From Chrysomallon squamiferum (lineage: Eukaryota; Animalia; Mollusca): a stretch of DNA of 64,000 nt. Below the pieces are notes generated by a model. The model saw only the letters and a program-made list of their open reading frames with translations, made no database searches and was not told the DNA's origin. This document shows positions 30,101 through 41,861 of the stretch, piece by piece. The translations under genes were made by a program, and so were the position numbers. Each line of letters opens with the position of its first letter. The stretch's first letter is position 1. The stretch lies in NCBI GenBank assembly GCA_012295275.1, contig CM022671.1:24614001-24678000 (forward strand), given 5' to 3'.

Positions 30101-32184
30101 TACATTTTTCAATGTGTAAGTTATATCAGCAAGTTTAAAGTACTAAAGTCACAATATGTCTCAATATGTCCATATCACATGTAACAAATCGAGCAAAATA
30201 CATTTGATATGTAAATGTATCTGGTATATCAGCTTATTCCCAGTGTTATCATCAACTGTGTAAAAGAAGGTAACAAGTAGATAAAGAGACTTACGAGATT
30301 TGTGAAGTAAATTTTAATCTTTTTGGATGTCGACCTTGTCTGGTGATTCTCAGTTTGGCTGAGTCAGCAGATGGGTATTTTAGTGGGTGTAGTTAACTGT
30401 GCACTTCATAAAACACTCTCCTTTTGTCAGCCTCTCTTTCGTCATGCACCCCTGGTTTCCACACAAAGCATGATTTAACATGAACTCTATACAGACTGTG
30501 TCAGTTTTAAGCAAATACATTCTGTGTGTGGCTAATGGTGCTAAAAAAAAAAAAAAAAATTGTAAAAAAAAATATCACAAGTACAGTAAATCCTGTTATT
30601 AATGCTATTACAACAACAACTACTACTTCTGCTGTTGCTGCTGTTGCTGCCATTACTGTTACTACTACTACTACTATTATTAGTATTTACTATAACTACT
30701 GATACCACTACTACTACTACTGCTGCTACTACTACCATTACTATCACTAAGATAAACAATATGTTAAAAGAAGAAAAAAAAAAAATCCCCCAGTGACAAC
30801 AGCAGGAACAACAACAAAACAGTGTAAAATGAAAAAAGAATCCAGCATTACAGCTATCTTTCATTTACAATGATAATGTTGTCAAATTTGAAAGCAGCGT
30901 ATAAATAAGCATCTATTATTTAAGCTACAGAACTGACAAAATATTACTTATTAGTGTATTAAAATATTGATAACAGCATCTAGTGTTTTACCAAAAAGAT
31001 ATTAATGATAATAAAATGCACAAACTTAGCACTAATGATAACTGTATTTCAAGTAATTATTTTTTGCACTGTGCATTATTTAAAATTGAGAATAAGATGG
31101 CTTTAACATTTGGTGAAAGACAGCTAAATTTTGATATTATAATCACATCCACAATTTTAGTTTCTCATTTACTACATTTTTATATAAAAAAAGGATATAA
31201 TGGTGTTAGAATTTTAAAGTACAGCAAAAATTTCCTTTTTTCATATAAAATTTGTATCTAAACTAAAATTTCATTATTTATGAAAAAATATTTTACATAA
31301 AAAACATAACATTTATTTTTTAGTTTAAAATATAACTTAATGTTTCTTTTTTGATTTAAATCCAATCTAATATTTCTTTCTTTTTAAAAAAAAGAGTCTA
31401 GCCTAGTACTTCTGTATTTAAAATTCAACCCAATATTTCTTCTTTTATGTTTGTTTAAAATCTAACCTATTATTACTTTTTGTTTAAAATCCAACCTAAT
31501 ATTCCTTTTTGTTTAAAATCGAATCTAAAATTCTTTTTGTTTAAAATCCAACCTAATATTCCTTTTTGTTTAAAATTCCTTTTTGTTTAAAATCTAACCT
31601 AAACTTTTTGTTTTCCTAATTTTTGTTTAAAATTTAAAATTCCTTTTTGTTTAAAATCGAACCTAATATTCCTTTTTGTTTAAAATCTAAACTATTATTT
31701 GTGTTTTGTTTAAAAGTACATGTATTTGTTTACGTGTAAAGAAGAATGTGGAGATTTTACAACTTGCCAGCCATTGTAAGACGACCCTTTAAGAGACAAT
31801 AAAGTGTTACTCATGTAACAGTCACACTGAGACAATGACACAGTCTTCAGTGATTTTTTTTCTTTTCTTCTTTCTTCTTTCTTTTTTCATTTTGTTTGTT
31901 TTTTTTTTTTTTTGTTGTTTTTTTTTTTTTTTTTTTTTTTTCTTGTTTTTTTTTTTTTTTTTAAAGAAAGACCAAAAAAAAATTTTTAGAAGGAATATAT
32001 AAATAAATTAATAAGGAATAATTATTTTTTTGTTTAATACTGTTTAATCATGTACTCACTCACACATATACTCACACAGGCACACAGACAAAACAAAAAT
32101 ATATGATAATTTAAAAGGATAATTTTCATGATGAAATAATCTTCTTTTTTTCTTCTTTCTTTCTTTCTTTCTTTCTTTCCCTGT

Positions 32185-32225
<41 letters not shown>

Positions 32226-34163
32226 ATTGTAATCTGATTCAATTTCAGTTTACTTGAATTTTTGAATAAAGGTTCAGTTTCATTTGCCTTTCAATTTATT
32301 TATTTCATGGTAAACTGATAGTATGCTATTTTTGAAATTAAATACATGTATCTGAAACATGTAAATTCTGTTTAAAAATATCTTTTCTGAGAACAAACCT
32401 CCCCAACAACAACCCCCTCAAAAAAAAACATACCCCCCAACCTAACTGACACTATATCTTCCATGTGATTAAGAAAATCCTGCTATTTTGGCTTGAATTT
32501 CTAACTTCCATTTTTCTACATTGAAGATGTTTTTGCTTTACTTTAATTTCATCTCATAAGAACTGTTATTTATTTTATTAAAACACCCAGCAGAGGTTTT
32601 AATTTGAAATGTAGAATGTCCTATTAGTAATCTGGTTATACACATAAACCTAATTCTTTTATGATCTACAGACAAAAATTGTTATTGGGATTTCATCCTC
32701 ATATGCTGTGTTTTTGCCAGTCTGATACTTCATATACTTTTCAAGATCTGTTACTCGTCTAATTAATATGAATCTTTTATTTTTTATACCAATGATAAAC
32801 CACTTGGTTTATTGTTTAATTAACTGGTAATAAAAAAAAACTCCAGACCTAGGACTGATATAAAACTATAAAATTCCATTTTAAGAAAAGCAGAATTTTA
32901 TTACCTTTACAATGCTGTTTTATTTCTGGTTTTCAGAAAGAGGTCAGATATTGCCAGCAAAATATGGCATTTTCCGCTCAAGTAAAGAATACGACCCATG
33001 GAAAGGAATTCTGAAGAATCTTTATGGCAGGAACTACAATCAGATTTTGACCAGAGCAACGTAAGGATACAAAATATTCGTTTAACACATTTGAAAATAA
33101 ATTAACAGAGAGATAAACAGCTGCAGTACATCATGCCATGTACACAAACACGCAGCCAAATGCAAATCTTGTACACACATCAACATCAACATCTTTTAAA
33201 CTGTATACTTTATTATTTGCTAACATTATATTCAATTATATTTCAGCTACATATTTCTTTAAATGAGAAACACTATTAAAATCGAAATGTAGCAATAACT
33301 AAATCTTTGCCATGTAATGTTCGTTGTAGTAAGTTTAATTATACAAGACACATTACACTATATCTTAGCAGTCAATTCAGCAAACATTCACTGTAGAATT
33401 AGTGGGAGGTTTGTTATTTATTAAAGGAATATTCGCTGTTAATTAATGGGACGTACATTATTTGTTAACGGGATGTTTGCTGTTTATTAGTGTGGCTGTG
33501 TACTAAATATTCTAACTGTCAGCACTTATTCTGCAGTGGTGGTGTAAATAAAGAAGAATGTTCTTTGCTTTAGGACCACACAGATTAAATCTGTCGGCCA
33601 GACAAGATTTACAGTGATGATGTCATTTGAATTCTGAATCTGTTTCGTTCTCAAGAAATTTTTTCAAGAATGTTTTTCATTATTATTATTTTATTTTTTT
33701 TCACAAAAAGGTTTTTGGATAATTTTTTTTTTTTTTTTTTAAATCCTTATCTCTCATGGAATTTTTATGTCCTCTACTCATGTATAATAATGGACACCGA
33801 TAATGTTTTCTTGGTTCATTTGCTCATTCATCCATTATTTAGAAACTGAATATTTAAGTACCTTTTTACTTCAGATACTATTCCACTTACCTCATCACCA
33901 GTACACGTGAGGCTTGCTTTAACAACACTGATGCTCCATGGGCCAACATTCTGAAGAAGGGTGTTCACGTCTGCGTCGAGTGTCAGCCAACTGCGATGGA
34001 CCGAGAACGAGGTATGCGCTGCATCGGCCACGGAGTCAAAAACATGATCACAGAGTGGTCAGCAGTCAACGTTCCTCACTGCCGTGGCGAGTGGACGATG
34101 CAGGCCCCACACGAAGCTGGAACCTGTGAACAGGACAAAGAAGATGCATTTATCTTCGTTTGA
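23903..34163 (+). CDS. SBSPON: Somatomedin-B and thrombospondin type-1 domain-containing protein (SBSPON/RPE-spondin-like), 5'-partial; join(23903..24118,32937..33060,33875..34163)
   Basis: Three GT-AG exons join in phase (1,1,2) into an open frame: spondin-type TSP1 repeat, linker, then the family C-terminal domain (VCVECQPTAM..RCIGHG..W..V..PHCRGEW..C..FIFV*). No SMB/signal exon was found in 1-23902. Confidence 0.88.
24600..27230 (+). repeat. Direct duplication (about 24600-25085 / 26890-27230): a unique block followed by a 22-bp tandem array (cagtgtaaccaaatcattttaa)
   Basis: 24656-24758 is identical to 26948-27050 (103 bp). The first array (about 24806-25085) is longer and more homogeneous than the second. 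Confidence 0.92.
27510..27830 (-). mobile_element. Interrupted SINE relic
   Basis: ttaacagcaaaggatcatttacatgcacc core at 27529-27560 and head-like ..ctgagctgc near 27820. Confidence 0.45.
29146..29420 (-). mobile_element. Near full-length degenerate SINE
   Basis: gaaaggaagtttgtttaac..caacacattt..gggtgtcaaacatatgg..agaggaaac..agggatctttt..ccagtcatggtcactgg..actgagctgc, in family order. Confidence 0.65.
31345..31715. repeat. ~29-bp tandem repeat (aaaatccaacctaatattcctttttgttt)
   Basis: About 12 variably truncated units. Confidence 0.88.
32937..33060 (+). CDS. SBSPON: SBSPON-like internal exon (124 bp)
   Basis: ttttcag acceptor; translates ERGQILPAKYGIFRSSKEYDPWKGILKNLYGRNYNQILTRAT; donor GTAAGG at 33061; phases match both neighbours. 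Confidence 0.85.
33875..34163 (+). CDS. SBSPON: SBSPON-like terminal coding exon
   Basis: ttacttcag acceptor; translates YYSTYLITSTREACFNNTDAPWANILKKGVHVCVECQPTAMDRERGMRCIGHGVKNMITEWSAVNVPHCRGEWTMQAPHEAGTCEQDKEDAFIFV; TGA at 34161-34163. Confidence 0.9.
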
Positions 34164-34392
34164 TCTAATAAGACTGATTTCCAATTGGAACTCTTTTTTT
34201 TTATTATTATTTTTTTAAATGTGCTGGTTAACTTTTCATAATGTTGCATTATGCAATGGTTAATGTGTGAGGAAGCTTGTAAAATAAAAGAAAAAATTTT
34301 TTTTTTTTTTTTTTGGTATTTGAAAAATAAATTTGTCTTCAAAATCAGGGATATTAATATCTCTTTGACTGACAAATAATGTCATCATAGAC

Positions 34393-34428
<36 letters not shown>

Positions 34429-37400
34429 AAATTGATGTTCAGCAAAGGATATTTTTACACTGCAATAGAATTATCCCACACAGAAGCAGGGATGTAATTT
34501 AAGAAATGTTTTTGTAAATAGGTTTTAAATTCTACATCTTAGTATGATATGCTTCAGTTGCAATACGTCAATAGCAGTTGGAAACTTTTAAACATTTATG
34601 TTACGGTCATCTGACATTTTTTCAGCAATATTGTCAAATATTATTTGTTTAACCTGAACAATAATAAATTAACTTGGAGATCACAGGGTTTCTTATTTGA
34701 CTGGGTTAACAAAGTAAAGGAAATATGGCAATTTTGATATTAAAACCATCTTGATCTCTTTTAAACAAAGGCTAGATAACTCAGTTAAACAAGATGACCT
34801 TTATAGATGGACATTATATTAAGCCTGTCTGTAAATGATATTGCTGCTTCACATTGTAAATTTTAATGTAGCTAGGACCTTCTGTTGTGATGAATGAAGG
34901 GTGAAAATGTAAGAAAAACAACAACAAAAAAACCCAACAATCATACTTTATTATTATTAAACAATTTGTATTGTATATTTGTCTTTTTTTTCTTCTGAAA
35001 ATGTAGATTTATTTTTAGTCATAGTGTTCAGAAAATGTTTGCATATTCATCCACTATTTTATACTTTTGTGTAGTCATTCATGTTTTATTCAATTATTCT
35101 TAGTATTTACCTCAGCTAACCTCAAAACAACTCTGGTGCTTGTTTTTATTTTGTGATGAAGACCAGCCAGTATTCCATCAAAGCATTCTGTTTTTGAATT
35201 AACACACACGAGAAATAAAAGCCACAGATGCTTCTATACTGTACATAACACACAGGATTCTATTTTTATTTTAATTTAATTTAATTTTTTTTTTTTTTTT
35301 TTTGAATGTTAACATTGGATTTGGAGATTTAATTAATTACAACCCTCAGTAAAAGCTTTATAAAATTTTAAGATATAGCTGTAACTAAATTATCTTTATC
35401 AAAAGAATTTGTTGTACGTGATTCATTGGAAATGTTAGCCTATTACTCTGCTAGGATATGGATTTTTCTTTTTTCAGATTATAAATATAATTTTTTTTGT
35501 ATCATGGAATACAAATTTTGTTTTTTTCTTGAATAGATTAAAACTGATTGAAAATATTGTATGCACTTCCTGTTCAGACAAACAGGACCATGTGTGACAG
35601 GGGTGAAGAAAAAGAATAATAAATGGAAACAGTGAAATATATGTACACTTTCTTTTTCTTTACTTCACTTTTTTTTTCTTTTTTAATGCTGATTTTTAAT
35701 TCCAAATGTATTTTGTTACAGTATAGACAGCTTAATGTGGAAAAATGTTGTTCCTTTTATAAAAAAAAACAAAAAAAACTTTTATTTAAATTCTGGCTTG
35801 GTATTTTGGAGCAAAGAATATCACTTAACATAGGCAGCATGTCTACACACAGTTAACAAAGAGCTGCATAAATAAAAATGATGAGAATACATGTCACAGT
35901 TTGAAATACATGTATGTTAAGCATAGGAGCCTCATCTTGTGTACATATGTATGTTTGAATAATATATCTAAATAGATTTTTGATTATTCTAACCCCCACA
36001 AACCCCAAATTTTAACAATACAAAAATCTGTTAATTTGAATCATTTATATTCATAATTTCATTTCATTAGTAATACCCCACAAACCCTGAAAATAGTTTG
36101 TTTTATGTTTGTAGATATGCTATTAATTCAAAGCTTTTAATTAGAAAAATTTAAAAATAATATTTAAAAAAGAAAAAAAGAAAAGAAAAAAAGTGAAAGG
36201 AAGAAAAATGAAAAACTTGACAAAGCAATAAAAATGTTATCCATTAATTCACTGATAAAATGGTGCTTTATTTTGTACCCCACTGTATACTGTAATCTCA
36301 CTTTGATGATTGCTGTTGCTCGGGTGACCATTTATTTGTCATGTCATTGTTCTTAGTTATTAAATTTGTTTTTGATTACTGTGGCTATTGCTTTTGATAA
36401 AATAGCATAAATAACTTAAATTTTGTTCATAATTGTATTAGACATGAATGCACAAGCTCAATATATATTCATAATAAGTATATATGTAGACAGTGTATCT
36501 AGATCTGAACTTTTACTATGATCCTGTATTAGCAATAACGTCTGTGTATGATGTATTTTGAAATAGGAAAATATTGCTTTGAGTTTTAGTAATTTTTAAA
36601 ATTTGTGGTGCTTTTAAAAAAATTAATATTTTGTAAAATGTGCTCGTATCTTTTTAATTTTTAGTAAACCACATTTAATTTTTGTTATTGTTTTTCTTTT
36701 CTTTTAAACCACTTAAGATGTATTGGAATGACATAATTTATACCATTATTTTTTCTTTATTTATTTTTAAATATCATGATGCTATTAATTATTATTACTT
36801 AGAAAATGTAATAATAATTCCACATTCTATAACTTCTATTTTGTATAAAGCATATTCAGTCTTTTTAAAAGAATGATAAAAAATACCACGGATTGGTTTT
36901 TAACGCTTGCAATGATATAATGACCAAAAACAAAATGGACGGCTTTTCACAATCAACTTATCGATTCATACGTGAAATGTTAAGTCTTTTTGTAGAAAAA
37001 TCAAACAAAGTAATCTCTTAACATCAGGAAGAACCAACAAGAACGTAAATAAAGATTACTGGTTGTTTTATTTAGCGAATTAATGGTGAAACTTCAAGAC
37101 TGTTTCTCACGGATTTTGGATTCGCACTTCCACCATTTTTAGCCATGAAACTCATTAATGGACACACTATTTATAGTTTAATTACACACTGACCATTTAA
37201 TTTAGCATTTGTGTAAAACTACTTATTTAGAGAAAGTAATTACTTTTATAGTGGATTTTTATGTATATAATTATATGCCTTATCCATGAGTGTTACAGCC
37301 ACTGTTTTATTTTATTTACATACTGGTTGTTCAGATAGTGCTTGTATGCAATGTTATTTAAATAATAAATATTTAAAAAAAATAAAAAGAAAAAAAAAAA

Positions 37401-39217
37401 AAAAAAAAAAAAGATAATAATAAAATAAAAAATAAAATAAAACATATAAAAATGAAACATTTTCTTTGGTGCGAGCATAACTCAAGTTTTTGGGAAGCAC
37501 TACAATGGAGGAAAGTAAATCTGTAGTCAATAGAACACGTCATTCGTGTAGATACATTAAATACATTAATGTTAACCACCACAAATTAATATCTATTATT
37601 GCAAAAAAATAAAATATAAAATTATCAATGGCTTACCATTTAGAAGCAAAAGATCAAGATAAAAAAAATGTACAAGAAACCTTTGATGAACTAACTTGTC
37701 GTAGAGTACTGGCTGAAACATCGAAATGAACAGTCAAGCACAAGTACATTATAAAATTAAAGGGCATTACATAAAAGAACGGACAGATTATTCCATTTGC
37801 CTCATCAACCGTCTTTTTAAATGCCAGTATTACATAAAATAAAAGCCATCCATTATTTCAAACACCAAAGAAATGTTTTATTACCTTTAAATAGAATGAA
37901 CCAAAAATACTGGAATTTTATAATATTTATTAATTTGTATATTTTTTAAAATTACATTGCAAGTTTTCACAATTTAATACATATGTTAGTTTTATGTTGT
38001 GCGGGACACTCATTCATTTGCACTTGTGGTTTGAGTAGCAATTATAACTAACCATACAGAATTTACATTTGAATTTTATTTTTAAGAAAATAAATATTTC
38101 TTCTCGTTTGGGTTCTTTTTATATCATTACTAGTAATACCATCAGTATCTATACATAAAAGAACATGAAAATATCTGAGATGTAGCCATACGTGCTTCTA
38201 CATTTATTTAAAACATTTGCTCAAAACAAGGGTTTATTCATCTCCCAGAATAGAAGCACTATTTTGTTCTTGCAACTACCACCGTCCCCATCATCATCAT
38301 CATCATCATCATCGTCGTCATCATCATCAATTTAATGACATTATTCAGCATTGATGATAACTTAAAATTTTCCTCTTTTCCAAATTGTAGCTTCGTTTGC
38401 CTACTATTTGGAGAATTGGAAACATAAGGAAAAAAAAAAAAAAAAAAAAATACGCAATCAAAAATGCAAGAAATATTCCTTTGAAACCAAAAACTTCTTT
38501 AACATGTCAGGTTTTTCTGTTGCAACAGATTCATGCTCAGCTGCCCAGACAAAAGTACAAGTTTGCTGTGCATACATGCAGAGCGTACATCGTTAAACAT
38601 GGTTTAGAATCTATTTTACGTGAACTTTATTACTTTTTATTATTCCTCAAAACGTGACGTAACGAAACAGGTGCGTGATTTCATTATGGCCTAATCCAAT
38701 TCCACTGAACTAAATTCGAAACAGACAAAGTTAAAAAAATTTAAAAAAAAAAGAAGAAGAAAGAAACGGTTAATGTGTTTTTGGGTGATAATTATCAGAC
38801 TAACACGACCGTGTTATATTAAGGTATCTGGCAATTTGTCTGCAAAATTATCACTGCGTCAGCAAAGCTCGGAGTCCATTGGGCAGATTGTGTTCTGCAA
38901 GTTTGCGTCATTTAAGTTTCAATTTTTTTTTCTGCATTAAACTTTCAAACCTGAAGCTATCTGTGTGCAGTTTCTTGTTTAATTAATCAAAATGGTGAGT
39001 GGCATCTAGACACTGTACAGCAAAGCTGTCTGGCAATTTCTGCCATTTCTGGTGCAGATGAAAGAAACTATTTGGCAATGTAGACCTCGTAAAAACGATA
39101 AATATATGCCAACCGTTTAATAAAAACTGATATAACATAACAAAATAATAAAATGGGTAATTTACAACATATCTGCGAACGAAAGCATTAAAGGAAAAGA
39201 TACGAAAAAAAAAAAAA

Positions 39218-39272
<55 letters not shown>

Positions 39273-40231
39273 CACATATATATGAATGAATGTGGACGAG
39301 AAAGAAGTACACTTTAGTCATTTATTAAACGATTTAATTATCCAATCTTTCCATTTTAAGAAACGATAAATTAAGTTTTCGATTTTGTTTGCAATTTTTT
39401 GTAGCTGTTTTAATAATAATATTATTATTATATAGTTGTCGAACACGTCGTTTATTAAATGATAAATGAGAAAAGTGGAAGATGGATTACTCCTACTGAT
39501 TAACACAGTCTTTTCGGAATGAATTATATAACATTTAAACCGCCTGAGAAAATGTCTACGTTCACTTTAGACCTATTAACTCAACACTGAACGACTGGCG
39601 AACAAATAAAAGAGGTCCATCTAGCATTGGACTTCCAGGAATCTTTCTGCTACTGAACAGAATATGTAATGCCGATAATCATTCCAACAGCATTTTAATA
39701 CAGCCAAATATAGAAAGATTCATTTTATTTTGGAACAAAGGAAGAAAAAGAACGAAAGAAAGAAAGAAAGAAAGAGGTAAGAAGGAATAAAAATCAAAGG
39801 CTGAAAAATCCCCAGCTACTCCAGCAGCGACGTGTTAAGCCAAATGTATTGATAAAATCTGTAAAGATGTTTTTAAGTGGCGATAACCGGTCAGTTGGTG
39901 TCACGAACCATGTGACCTGTTGCAGACAAACGGCTCTTCACGTTTCGGCGCGTTATCTCACGTCCAGCGAACGACAAGGGGCAGTTTCCAGATATACACA
40001 CCCTGTAATTACATACGTCTGAATTCTGAACAAAAATCTATATCTAGACCTGTCACTAGATTTCTTTTTGGGAGGTGGTGAGTGGCTCTTGAACGTGACT
40101 CGCCCTCTGAAAATCGTCTTAAATACTGCCCCACGAAGGCAGAGGCATGCGCATGCATGCATATACAGATTAATATCTATACAATCAAGAAATATCGAAT
40201 CGCGAGCTCGCACATATATACATGCACCATG

Positions 40232-40304
<73 letters not shown>

Positions 40305-41102
40305 CCTTGAACATGCAGATGTAATGGAAATTCCATGCATTTGGTAGCGAGAGCTATCTTATTCTTTTCCACAGACTGCAAAACATGTGTAACAGCAGTT
40401 TTTCTAATTAATTGTTATGACAGGTCAAAAAGCATTCCAAGATTCAACAACCGTCGACCTAAAATTCTAAATCATTCTAACTCCTAAATTGCTATTTCAG
40501 TTTTATCCTCCGACACGAGATGACCATAAATTCTCGAAATATCTTTAAACGGCAGGTGTGTCAAGGATTTAATAAACAACCCCACGAGCTCAATGCTTAG
40601 CCGAATTTGCCATGTAAATGATAAAATATTCACTGAGATTCACTGAGATTGTATCTGACTGAGCGCGGCAGGTACTTCTCTTCACTACCAGAGATACAGC
40701 CTGACACTCTCCACATAATTTTATCAGTCTGGCTTTTCTGGGCACATATTTCTTTGTCTCGGTCGCCACCTGATGCATTTATTTGCTTATTTATTTTTAG
40801 TCTGGCTGTCGTAAAACTTTCTTCGTTCGTTCGTTCATTTGTTGGTTCGCTGCTTCCTGCGTTCCTCGATTAATTTTCGTTGTTATTTATGTCAGAAATG
40901 CATTTTATAATTGATTCGCTATGACATTTTTTTTTTTTTTTTTTGTAGAAAATAGACAAAAACGATAATAAGTATTTCAGTTAGAAAATGTCTGTAATAA
41001 AATTATGCATAAGCTATGATTATTTTTGTTATTTTTATCTATCTATTTATTTATTTATTTATTTATTTATTTCTTCTTCTTCTTCTTCTTCTTCTTCTTC
41101 TT

Positions 41103-41133
<31 letters not shown>

Positions 41134-41484
41134 TTATTATTTTTTTTTTTTTTTTTCTTAATATTTTTGTTGTTGTAAAATTCTATATGCAGATGGAACT
41201 TTGTAAAAAAATACTAGTTTTCGATTTTAAATATAACTCATTATCTACCGAATGTTGAAGCATGAAACCTTAGATATGAGAAATGAAAAATTTAGTAGGT
41301 ATATTAGATAAAAGAATGAGGTGTTTGTAATTAAATCTTCTAATAGGCGCCAGCGATGGATTAATAAAAATAAGTAATAGATAGACGTTGTCATGGTTGA
41401 TGCAAACAACCACCAGAGTGCTGCCAGTGTACTTGTTTATGTATGTTAGTATTTTCTATAATTTTTCGACTCAGTGAATATGTG

Positions 41485-41861
41485 ATTAATGACTTCTCAA
41501 TCACAATTTTTTTCCCCTTCAAATTAACGGTGTTGGGTGTCAGACATATGGCAGAGATGAATTTTGATAAAGATAATCTGCCGAAGCCACTTCAAGAGCT
41601 ACTCTTATCAGTTAGCAGTAAGAAATGAACCTTCCCAAAGATGGGAAATCGTGTGTAGCGGCGGCCACTGATACTCAAGTCAGGCAGCAGGACAAGGAGC
41701 TGTGTTAATGATTAGCTGAAAACAAATCTTTTATGTCTTATTTCTCACAGACAAGAAAAACTATTTACACGTCGCTGGCTGTGACGAAAATAGTCCAAGA
41801 TGGCGCAGCAGACAAAACTGATCTTGAGACCTGCCACGTCTCACGTCAGCTTTGTAGCTAG
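41485..41861 (-). mobile_element. Degenerate SINE abutting the 39-bp minisatellite
   Basis: gggtgtcagacatatgg..gccacttc..gctactctt..ttagcag..tcttttatg..cacagaca..ctggctg..gaaaatag; shares blocks with 29146-29420. Confidence 0.6.

Noticed and set aside
37682-37730. Hammerhead ribozyme/Penelope terminus (TTGATGA...GAAAC)
   Set aside because: The core deviates from CUGANGA and stem II does not pair; other CTGANGA sites checked (2967, 8288, 18668 minus, 47260 minus) also lack the helices.
40625-40769. Second exon for the orphan 43418-43537 exon
   Set aside because: The frame is open for only about 46 codons and the AG lacks a polypyrimidine tract.
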